Positions 36,674 through 45,349 of a stretch of 64,000 nucleotides of DNA are shown here, one piece after another. Position numbers and translations under genes: made by a program. This DNA comes from a bacterium UBP11_UBA4055 (GTDB taxonomy: Bacteria; UBA4055). The notes beneath the pieces were generated by a model. The model did no database searches. It had not been told where the DNA came from and saw only the letters and a list, made by a program, of their open reading frames with translations. The stretch lies in assembly GCA_002382735.1 (NCBI GenBank), contig DFZN01000043.1, positions 35,543 through 99,542 on the forward strand. Reading direction: 5' to 3'. The stretch's first letter is position 1, and the number at the start of each line of letters is the position of its first letter.

Positions 36674-37729
36674 TTGGATTATATTATGGATAACGCAGCA
36701 AATAAACTCGAAGGTATAACTCTTAAATCAGGTTGGCTCGTAAAAAAGAAAATTGAAAAATATGACAACCAAACAGGTTCGATTTTTTCAGTCTGTTACA
36801 AAGCAGAAAAAAACGGAGTAACATGTTTTTTAAAAGCATTTGATTTCTCTAAATTCTTTATGTTACATGCCGGTAAATCGGCAATGGAGGTACTAAATGA
36901 AATGTCAAGTGCTTATCTTTATGAAGAAAAATTATCTAATTTTTGTAAAAATAAACATGTGAAGAAAGTTGCATTCGTTATAGAAGCCGGACAAGAAATT
37001 GTAAATGGTTATGCTATAAATATTGTACCATACTTAATTTTTGAGCTTGCTGATGGTGATGTGAGAAAAAAATTAACTATTTCAAAAAATCTAGATTATG
37101 CTTGGAGGTTAAAATCACTTCACGATGTAGCAATAGGCTTAAATCAATTACATAAAATTAATGTCATGCATCAAGATTTAAAACCTTCTAATATTCTTGT
37201 ATTCAGTGATGAATGTAAGATAGGCGATCTTGGTAGGTCTTTATGTAATGACATTGATAGCCCTTTAAGAAATATTTCCTTTTCGGGTGATTTTAATCAT
37301 GCACCTCCTGAAATATTATACAATTATTATGATCCCGATTTAAACAAACGAGCTTATGCTGCTGATTGTTACCTTCTAGGCAGTTTAATAGTATTCTATT
37401 TTTCAGGTTTTAGTATGAATGCACTTTTGATAAAACATATTGAGGATTGTTTTAGTTGGCCGAAGTGGACTGGTAGCTTTACAGAATTGGAACCCTATCT
37501 TGAGCATGCTTTTTCAAAAGCATTAAAGGAATTTGAACATAATATTGATAACATTGAAATTAAGAAAGGTACACTAGAGCTTGTTGAATATTTATGTAAT
37601 CCTATTCCAGCGAAAAGAGGTCATCCGAAAAGTATAGCTTCTATCGGAAGCAATTACAGCTTAGAAAGATTTGTCTCTATGCTGGCTACTCTACAAAAAA
37701 AAGCTGAAGTTATGGTTACACATGGCTAA
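36674..37729 (+). CDS. Ser/Thr protein kinase
   Basis: TGSIFSVCY, FLKAFD, HQDLKPSN, KIGDLG, HAPPE, DCYLLG. Confidence 0.92.
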   Translation: MDYIMDNAANKLEGITLKSGWLVKKKIEKYDNQTGSIFSVCYKAEKNGVTCFLKAFDFSKFFMLHAGKSAMEVLNEMSSAYLYEEKLSNFCKNKHVKKVAFVIEAGQEIVNGYAINIVPYLIFELADGDVRKKLTISKNLDYAWRLKSLHDVAIGLNQLHKINVMHQDLKPSNILVFSDECKIGDLGRSLCNDIDSPLRNISFSGDFNHAPPEILYNYYDPDLNKRAYAADCYLLGSLIVFYFSGFSMNALLIKHIEDCFSWPKWTGSFTELEPYLEHAFSKALKEFEHNIDNIEIKKGTLELVEYLCNPIPAKRGHPKSIASIGSNYSLERFVSMLATLQKKAEVMVTHG

Positions 37730-39293
37730 TTTAAATATAAATAAAAACCGGAACATGATTCCCAATTGGAGAAGTTTCGGTAAATCAGTAATTCTTGGTG
37801 AATTAGATTCTTGTAATAAAAATAACGCTCCTAGAATAGTCACATCAATTGACGAATATATAATTGATTGGAAAGTAAATGGAACTTTAGTTCATGCTTC
37901 AGAACTATTAAGCGCAGCTATTGTTAATAATTTAAGAAATGACATTAATGTGATTGAAGCTGCAAAATTTATTCTTAATAATTCGAAAAATGCTAATTAT
38001 TCCCATATATCAACGGCAAAAATGATATTATCTGGCATATCGAGTATAGATATAAAATCAGATGATATTACAAGAATCGAAATCTTGAATGATCAAATTG
38101 ATAATGACATCGCTAATATAAAGCGAAAAATAACCGATACCAAATTATTATTGAGAAAGTATCCAACCAATCCGATTCTATATACAGAACTTTCTAGATA
38201 CTACTCGATAATAGGGAATGAAAAGAAAGCAATCGAAGCAATGAAAATAGCACTTCATTTTTCAAAAGACAATCGCTTTATCCTTAGATGCGCTACAAGA
38301 CTTTTCACCCATTACGGTAATCCTACTAACGACTATATTGATTATATCCATAAGATTCTCGTGAATAGTATTGCTACACAATATGATCCTTGGCTCACTT
38401 CTGCCGAAATATCTCTTTCTGGGCTGAAGGGAGTATCATCAAAGAATGTAAAAAAGGGAATTGAATTAGCAACTTCAAAAAACATTATGCCTGCTCACAT
38501 TTCTGAATTATCTAGTGCTCTTGCAACTATTGAATTATCGCACGGTAATAGAAAAAAAAGTAGATCGTTTTTTGAAAATGCTTTAATATCTCCAAATGAT
38601 AATACATTAGCGCAGGTTGAATGGGCAATGCAGAAGGACAAAAGTTTGATTCGAGAAAAAATTGATTTCAGCCAGAAATATAATTATGAAGCCGAAAGTC
38701 TTAAATATTTTAATGAACAAAAATATGAATTATCTGTTTTTTATTCAGCTCGATGGTTTATAGATATGCCTTATTCAATAAGGTCGCTTCTGTTTGGTTC
38801 TTATATTTCATCGAATTTCTTGAAGGATCAAAAGAAATCTATTATCTTATTGCAAGCGGGTTTAAAAGGTCATCAAAATGATCCTAAATTAATAAATAAT
38901 CTCGCATATGCTCTTTCACTCGATGGCAAGCCAAATGAAGCTCTTATTGAGCTAAACAAAATCAAATATAATTCAATTCTCGATAGTGAAACTAAAGCTT
39001 GTGTAATTGCAACAGAGGGTTTAGCCAATTACAGACTAGGAAATGAAGATGACGGAAGAGCAATGTATTTAAAAGCTTTAGAAATTACCAAAAGTATTAA
39101 TAATGAAACATTGAATAGGTTAGCCTTGCTCAATCTAGCAAGAGAAGAAATTAGAATAAATTCTAAATATATTAGCAATATTATCGATACGGTAAAAAAA
39201 ATACCCGAATTTCTAAGTGAACCTGAAGTTGTACTGTTAAAAAAGGAAGTCCTTGATCAATTTGAAGTAAATATTAATAAAACGAGGAAATAA
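37722..39293 (+). CDS. TPR/helical-repeat protein coupled to the kinase
   Basis: Start MANLNINK at 37722 overlaps the kinase stop by 8 nt; TPR motifs (YTELSRYY..GNEKKA, NNLAYAL); no signal peptide. Confidence 0.85.
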   Translation: MANLNINKNRNMIPNWRSFGKSVILGELDSCNKNNAPRIVTSIDEYIIDWKVNGTLVHASELLSAAIVNNLRNDINVIEAAKFILNNSKNANYSHISTAKMILSGISSIDIKSDDITRIEILNDQIDNDIANIKRKITDTKLLLRKYPTNPILYTELSRYYSIIGNEKKAIEAMKIALHFSKDNRFILRCATRLFTHYGNPTNDYIDYIHKILVNSIATQYDPWLTSAEISLSGLKGVSSKNVKKGIELATSKNIMPAHISELSSALATIELSHGNRKKSRSFFENALISPNDNTLAQVEWAMQKDKSLIREKIDFSQKYNYEAESLKYFNEQKYELSVFYSARWFIDMPYSIRSLLFGSYISSNFLKDQKKSIILLQAGLKGHQNDPKLINNLAYALSLDGKPNEALIELNKIKYNSILDSETKACVIATEGLANYRLGNEDDGRAMYLKALEITKSINNETLNRLALLNLAREEIRINSKYISNIIDTVKKIPEFLSEPEVVLLKKEVLDQFEVNINKTRK

Positions 39294-39448
39294 TGAATCA
39301 TTCCTGTTTTCAGTATTGAAGTAAGATTATCCGCAATCTGTTTGCGGTTAAGCTTATCATATTTTGCATTAAATGGATCTTTTTTATCGAAATCTAGTTT
39401 TTCTGAATTTGACATAATTCTGCCTTATGTAATTATTTATAACCATTC

Positions 39449-42253
39449 TTATTCAAAATACTTAAACTCATCTACCAGCAGCCTGTAGATTTCTTCTCTA
39501 ACTTCCTTAGTCTTTTCAGTGATCTTTTTGATTATCAGGTTCAAATCTTCCCTGTTGTTGATCTCAGCATATTTTTTGATCTGGATGAGCCCGCTGTTTG
39601 GGGTCATAAAATCAGGATAATCGAAATACTTGAAATAAGCCTCATCGTGAAGTCCGACATTTCTGATTATGCCTGACTGACAATCTTTTGATGCAAAATT
39701 TATGTATAATTCTTTGATCAGTTTTACTAATTCCATAGCCAACGGAGGATCGGCGACAATTTCTCGATCGAGCGTAGTATTCCAGAAACTCTCAGGATTG
39801 TTCGGGGACATAGGATTATCTACAAAAACTTCCGGTGCTCCTTCAACAGGATTATCCTTTTCAAATTTCGTTACTACGCATCTGTTTTCTGCAAGTGCAA
39901 ATGCAAAACAAAGCGAATAGAAATATTTCTCTTTTTCTTTCGGAATGACAGGATTCCAGATATCGTACTGATTTGCCCATACCGGATATTTACCGTTTAG
40001 AGCTTTTGTAATAGCGAACCACAAAAGGCAAATTTTTGCAGATTCGAGATTGTAACAGCAAAACCCATATTTATCTGGAGGACCTGATAATATCCTAGTT
40101 TGATTAATGTTGATAAATGCATTATCCAATCTAAACCATATTCTATCACAGAAATTTGACATTCTGAAAAGTGAATCTTGCTTTACTCTAACAGGAGTGT
40201 TGTCATCGTAAAACCCGATAAATCTCCCATCAATTTGCCCACATTTTCTTCTTAATTTATAGTGTCGATCTTCATCTTTTAATGGAAACCCACTTACAAT
40301 TTTTTCGAAATCTGTTTTCTTTTTTGCTACACTATAATCATATCTTGTTTGCCTTATCAATTTGCTCTTTTTGTTACTAACTACAGGAAGCAGCAATCTT
40401 ATATCACCTCTACAATTATCAAAAGGGACATTTCTCGCACTACTTATTATCGGTTTGAGATTGCTATAAATCTCATCCAAGCTTGCATCCCAGTTTATGG
40501 CCAAATCTTTCTTCGTTATATATGTATAATCTTTGAGTAAAACCTTGTTGTCGTTTCCATTTTCTTCGTAGTTGTATCTCCAGATCGTGAATGATAAAGG
40601 CCATTTGCCGTCAAGCTTGAAAAATTCTTTGCTGGTAATTATAAAACCAAGTTCGTATTTGAAATACTTATCGAATTCTTTGCGGAAATTTGCGTATGTC
40701 GGCCTCGGTATCAGCCATGAAGTAGGAGTAAAGATCAAAAGCAGAGGTTTTACAGATTTATTTTCACTGTTCTGCTGCCTGGCAATATTAACGATCTGAG
40801 CAAGAAAAGCCAAATACCTTTCTTTTCCGGCATCTTCCCCGGTCAGCTTTAATATATCAGGATCAATTGTATATTCAGCTGCATTGCCCGTGCGGACTTC
40901 TTCATTTTCGTCAGTATTCTTATAAGGCGGATTTAAAAGAAATGCGAGAGGTTTGTCCAGATTCAGATTTTTCTCTTTGAGGACATTTTTGATTTCATCA
41001 ATATAAGACTTCGCAGATCTGTCGAGGAAATTCAAACCTATATTGTCTTTAGTTTTAGGAATGATTGTGAAACCAGTTTGCATAAGTTCAGAGTCTTCCT
41101 GTACTGCAAGCTTCAGCCTTCGCTCAATAGTTTTAAGCAAATCAGGCTGTAATTCTGAAACGATTTTGTGTTTTAAGTTACCGTGCCAGCTCGTTACAAG
41201 GTTGCCTGAGCCACCGGCCGGATCGAAAACAATATACTTGTCGCTTAACTTATTTTCATAATATTTATGAACGAACCACAAAGCAAATTTACTCAGATTA
41301 ATATCCGTAAAGAAAATTCCGTGCTGTTTTGCGTATTCAGGATTTATTCTTGTAATAACCTCATCGAAACGGCTGAAATAATAATCAGCGGTAATGCCTG
41401 AACCTTCATTCGTAAAAACATAATGGCTCTCAACAAATTTCTTAAATTCCGGTTTGTGTTTGGGCTTAATTTTGATTTGCTCGCTTATTCTACCCGTTTT
41501 ATTGCTTGCGACTTGAACATCATAATCTTCTTCATCATTATCCATGACCTTCGAGGTTACATCCCAAAATCCTACGATCGCATAAAAACAGTGAACGGCA
41601 TCAATAGGATCATCATAAAACTTCTTTAAAGATTCGATATGATCTATAAAATCGTAAGTATTTATTTGGATTCTATTTGAGTCCAAGTTTTTTAGAACTT
41701 TCAGAAATTCTGACAAATCTATTTGTGTACTTTTTACTGATGAAAATAAATTATCATACTCTTTCGCGTTCATCTTGAAAAAAGCAGATTTGTATATCTC
41801 CAATGCATCTGATTTAGTCGTATTCCTTGGAGCTGCGTTTAATTTTCCAATTTCATTCGGAGCAGATTGGGCATCGCTTCTTGCGACCAGTTTTTTTGCT
41901 TTGTCAGGAATATCACTCAGCCTCCACAAACCGATAAAATCTTTTGTGACCACGCACACAGACGAGTAACTCAATCCTTTCTTTGAATAATGAAGAGCCT
42001 GATAAAATCCCTCAAGCCACTGATCGTAGCGGGACTTAAGTTCTACAACAAGCTCTCCCTGAATATACACATCTGCAGAAGATGCGTTCGATTCGACTTT
42101 GAATTTCTCAGGAAAAAGCGCTTTGAATAGAGGATAAACAAGCGGACGCTTTGCGTCTTCGTTAAGGTCGCTTGTGATATACTGGCGGATTCCATCTAAT
42201 TCTTCATAATATGGTTTCAGATCAGTTACTTTCTTAATACTGTCCTTACTCAT
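39449..42253 (-). CDS. Type IIG-like fused restriction endonuclease / N6-adenine methyltransferase (934 aa)
   Basis: N-terminal ADVY..VVELK..QALHY (PD-ExK + QxxxY), GIFFT, FDPAGGSG (motif I), NPPY (motif IV), long C-terminal putative TRD. Confidence 0.85.
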   Translation of the reverse strand: MSKDSIKKVTDLKPYYEELDGIRQYITSDLNEDAKRPLVYPLFKALFPEKFKVESNASSADVYIQGELVVELKSRYDQWLEGFYQALHYSKKGLSYSSVCVVTKDFIGLWRLSDIPDKAKKLVARSDAQSAPNEIGKLNAAPRNTTKSDALEIYKSAFFKMNAKEYDNLFSSVKSTQIDLSEFLKVLKNLDSNRIQINTYDFIDHIESLKKFYDDPIDAVHCFYAIVGFWDVTSKVMDNDEEDYDVQVASNKTGRISEQIKIKPKHKPEFKKFVESHYVFTNEGSGITADYYFSRFDEVITRINPEYAKQHGIFFTDINLSKFALWFVHKYYENKLSDKYIVFDPAGGSGNLVTSWHGNLKHKIVSELQPDLLKTIERRLKLAVQEDSELMQTGFTIIPKTKDNIGLNFLDRSAKSYIDEIKNVLKEKNLNLDKPLAFLLNPPYKNTDENEEVRTGNAAEYTIDPDILKLTGEDAGKERYLAFLAQIVNIARQQNSENKSVKPLLLIFTPTSWLIPRPTYANFRKEFDKYFKYELGFIITSKEFFKLDGKWPLSFTIWRYNYEENGNDNKVLLKDYTYITKKDLAINWDASLDEIYSNLKPIISSARNVPFDNCRGDIRLLLPVVSNKKSKLIRQTRYDYSVAKKKTDFEKIVSGFPLKDEDRHYKLRRKCGQIDGRFIGFYDDNTPVRVKQDSLFRMSNFCDRIWFRLDNAFININQTRILSGPPDKYGFCCYNLESAKICLLWFAITKALNGKYPVWANQYDIWNPVIPKEKEKYFYSLCFAFALAENRCVVTKFEKDNPVEGAPEVFVDNPMSPNNPESFWNTTLDREIVADPPLAMELVKLIKELYINFASKDCQSGIIRNVGLHDEAYFKYFDYPDFMTPNSGLIQIKKYAEINNREDLNLIIKKITEKTKEVREEIYRLLVDEFKYFE

Positions 42254-42338
42254 AAACTACTCCGTTCTTTGTAGTACTAAAGTGTAATATTACGATAATA
42301 TAAGGACTTGAACAGTATTTCGCAATTCAATTAATTCT

Positions 42339-43436
42339 TCATTTACAGAGATCGTAGCTGGTGCTCCGTCCGCCTGCAGGATTTTTTTCGAGTATTCTTT
42401 TATCTATCAGGTCATTGATGTCCCTCAAGGCTGTATCGGTCGAGCAGTGAGTTATCTTTGCCCATTTCTTTGTAGTGAGCCTTCCTTCAAAACCGTCGAG
42501 AAGCTTATTGAGCATGAGTTTCTGCCTTGAATTGAACTCTGTGTGCGAATGGGTTTGCCAGAAGGTAGATTTTTCCGTCACTTTTTCCAGAGTTTTACCG
42601 GTGGAATTGAGCGCGTTGTAAAGACAGTCCAAAAACCATTTGAGCCAGCCTGTTATGTCTGTGCCGCCTTTCTGCGTGCGCTCGAGCATGTCGTAATACT
42701 GTTTCCTCTGAACCCTGATCTGCGCCGAGAAGCTGTAGAACCTCTGACTGCTCATATCCGACCTGGCGAGAAGCATATCGGTCAAAGCGCGGGCGATCCT
42801 GCCGTTCCCGTCATCAAAAGGGTGCAGCGTGACGAACCTCAAATGAGCCAGTGCGGCTTTTATTACCGGATCAGTGTTTTTATCAGAATTAAACCATGCG
42901 ATAAAAGCCTTCATCTCTTTCTTTAGTACGGAAGCCGAAGGAGCCTGAAAATGAACTTTTTCCTTTCCGATCGCGCCAGAAACCACCTGCATAGGACCGT
43001 TCTCGTCTTTTCTCCAACCGCCTGTCGTTATTTTAAACATCCCGCTCCTGCCTGAAGGGAACAGAGATGAATGCCACCCGAACAGCCTGTCCTCTGTTAA
43101 AGGCTCGTTATATCTCTGTGTAGCGTCGAGCATCATATCAACGACTCCGTCAACATTCCTGTCTGATTCTATAAGCCCTGAAATCTCAAGTCCGAGCTTT
43201 CTCGCTATCGAAGACCTTACCTGGTCGTAATTGAGGATCTCGCCTTCGATCTCAGTGGATTTTACCACATCAAGAGTCAGAGTTCCGAGAAGAGCTTCCG
43301 ATCTTAAGCCGAAACCGAGCGATTCCATTTTCCCCAGAAGTTTTCCCTGAAGGTTGCGCACAATACTCAGCTGCGTAAGTATCCCGTCCGCATCCCAGGT
43401 AAAGTCCGGCCATCCTTTATGTTGATATATATACAT
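42339..43436 (-). CDS. Fic-family protein (DUF4172-like N-terminus, C-terminal HTH)
   Basis: MYIYQ..WPDF.W, HPFDDGNGRIAR (canonical Fic motif), TALRDINDL, GGRSTSY; start likely ATG 43436. Confidence 0.93.
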   Translation of the reverse strand: MYIYQHKGWPDFTWDADGILTQLSIVRNLQGKLLGKMESLGFGLRSEALLGTLTLDVVKSTEIEGEILNYDQVRSSIARKLGLEISGLIESDRNVDGVVDMMLDATQRYNEPLTEDRLFGWHSSLFPSGRSGMFKITTGGWRKDENGPMQVVSGAIGKEKVHFQAPSASVLKKEMKAFIAWFNSDKNTDPVIKAALAHLRFVTLHPFDDGNGRIARALTDMLLARSDMSSQRFYSFSAQIRVQRKQYYDMLERTQKGGTDITGWLKWFLDCLYNALNSTGKTLEKVTEKSTFWQTHSHTEFNSRQKLMLNKLLDGFEGRLTTKKWAKITHCSTDTALRDINDLIDKRILEKNPAGGRSTSYDLCK

Positions 43437-43440
43437 GATT

Positions 43441-43491
43441 ATTCTCCGCAACTTTTGCGGTAAATATACGGACTAATCTCCGCAAACGCAA
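43441..43491 (-). promoter_or_regulatory. fic promoter with palindromic operator-like site
   Basis: TTGCGT-17 nt-TATATT (43491-43463); CCGCAA-ctt-TTGCGG at 43446-43460; second TCTCCGCAA half-site in the spacer. Confidence 0.65.
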
Positions 43492-43492
43492 C

Positions 43493-44356
43493 TTAATTCT
43501 TCACTACCCTGATGAGGCACCACTCGTTCTTTTCATAGTATCCGTCAACGATAAGCCCGCCCACTTCGCTGATCCTTTTGTACATCTTCTGATTCTCGTC
43601 AACGAGTATGCCTGAAAGTATTATCATTCCGCCCGGCTTGACTATGTGCTTGAATTTGGGCAGCAGCTCCTCGAGCATCGACCTGTCTATATTGGCCAGC
43701 ACGGTATCGTAAACATTCTCTTTTTCGTAATCAGTTTCCGTGGCGAATTTTGTGTGAATATGCATATCGGCGTGATTTAAGTGCGCGTTCTCTTTGCAGT
43801 TGTCGTAGCTTTCCTCATCTATATCGACGGCCGTGACGCCCAAAGAACCCATTTTGACCGCCGCTATTGCCAGTATGCCTGAACCTGAACCTGCATCGAA
43901 TATGGTCGTATCCTTAAGGTCGTGCTTACTGATCTCCTCCAGCATGAGCTTTGTCGTTTCGTGCGTGCCTGTCCCGAACGCCATCTTCGGTTCGATGAGT
44001 ATCTTTATCTTATCGGTCTCCACATTCATCCATGCGGGTACGACGAGAAAACTGCCCGCCTCGACAGGCTCATAAGTCTTCTTCCATTCCTCCCGCCAGT
44101 CAGCGTTCGGTATCTTCTCCGATCTGATTTCAGGCACATCTTCTATCCCGTGCTCGTGAAAGAAAAGTTTTATCGAATTTATGATCATGAGAGGGTCTTC
44201 GTCCTCCTCAAAGAACAGCCTGAGCCCGCTTTGATCTTCGAAGGTCGTTTCGTCAAGGTCCTCTATGCCTTTGCAGCCTATCGTAAAAACGAATTCCATG
44301 AGCACATCCTTCATAATTTCGTCGTTGACATCTATATCCACAAAAAACCATTCCAT
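43493..44356 (-). CDS. prmA: Ribosomal protein L11 methyltransferase
   Basis: DWREEWKK, PKMAFGTGTHETT, DAGSGSGILAI, LANI, LSGIL. Confidence 0.96.
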   Translation of the reverse strand: MEWFFVDIDVNDEIMKDVLMEFVFTIGCKGIEDLDETTFEDQSGLRLFFEEDEDPLMIINSIKLFFHEHGIEDVPEIRSEKIPNADWREEWKKTYEPVEAGSFLVVPAWMNVETDKIKILIEPKMAFGTGTHETTKLMLEEISKHDLKDTTIFDAGSGSGILAIAAVKMGSLGVTAVDIDEESYDNCKENAHLNHADMHIHTKFATETDYEKENVYDTVLANIDRSMLEELLPKFKHIVKPGGMIILSGILVDENQKMYKRISEVGGLIVDGYYEKNEWCLIRVVKN

Positions 44357-44357
44357 A

Positions 44358-45341
44358 TTAACTCCCTTTGAACTGATTTGCGATCTCGTTCAATATCTTA
44401 TCGGCGACTTTGAGGGCTTTTAAGCCGTCCTCTCCGGTGACCCTGACCTCCTTTTTACCCTGTATCGCTTCAACAAAATCCCTGTTCTCCTCCAAAAGCG
44501 CGTTGACTTCGATCTTATCCCGCTTGGAGTAAATTATCTTCTTATTTACATGGTCCAGGTTCGCGACAGCCATTCCGTCCGTGACCTGAGCGTCCGTGTC
44601 GGCGAGGTAGAAAATGTCAGCTATGCCAGTATCGAGGTCGAGGGAGAGATATTTGTGCTCCTGGAATATCCTGAACTTTCTCATTTTTTTCAGGCTTATC
44701 CTTGAGGCTGTAAGATTCGCGACGGCACCGTTTTTGAACTTTATCCTGACATTGGCGATATCGGTCGTGTCAGTTACGACGGCTACACCTGCCGCGTCTA
44801 TTTTTTCAACATCGGATTTTATCAGGCTTAAAATAAGATCGATATCGTGGATCATAAGGTCTAATACGACCGAAACATCCGCGCCTCTCGGGTTGAAGGA
44901 GGCGAGCCGGTGCGCTTCTATGAATTTGGGCTCGATCTCGAAATTCTTGAGCTGATTGAAGGCGGGATTGTAGCGCTCTATCTGGCCGACCTGGATGATA
45001 AGCCCTTTTTCTTTTGCGAGCGAAATGAGCTCTTCGCCCTGCGCGACGGTGGCTGTGATCGGCTTTTCGATAAAGACATGCTTTCCGGCTTCGAGGCATT
45101 TTTTGGCCACCTCGTAATGACCCTGTGTAGCCACTGCCACGACGACACCGTCAACGAGCGGCAGCATATCGTCAAGTTTGCCGAACGCGCGGCATCCGAA
45201 CTGCTCAGCCGCTGCTTTTGCGGCATCCGCGTTTATGTCATATACTCCTATAAGCTCCGAAATATCCGGCAGCATAGTGTGCATTTTAGTGTGCAGCTTT
45301 CCGAGATGACCGCATCCCGCGATCCCGATCCTTGTTTTCAT
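44358..45341 (-). CDS. Gfo/Idh/MocA NAD-dependent oxidoreductase
   Basis: True start MKTRIGIAGCGHLG at 45341; HVFIEKP, ERYNPA, DLMIHDID. Confidence 0.92.
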   Translation of the reverse strand: MKTRIGIAGCGHLGKLHTKMHTMLPDISELIGVYDINADAAKAAAEQFGCRAFGKLDDMLPLVDGVVVAVATQGHYEVAKKCLEAGKHVFIEKPITATVAQGEELISLAKEKGLIIQVGQIERYNPAFNQLKNFEIEPKFIEAHRLASFNPRGADVSVVLDLMIHDIDLILSLIKSDVEKIDAAGVAVVTDTTDIANVRIKFKNGAVANLTASRISLKKMRKFRIFQEHKYLSLDLDTGIADIFYLADTDAQVTDGMAVANLDHVNKKIIYSKRDKIEVNALLEENRDFVEAIQGKKEVRVTGEDGLKALKVADKILNEIANQFKGS

Positions 45342-45349
45342 GATCTTCC

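Noticed and set aside
39409-39440. TTGACA that could drive antisense transcription into the Type IIG gene
   Set aside because: No -10 hexamer at acceptable spacing
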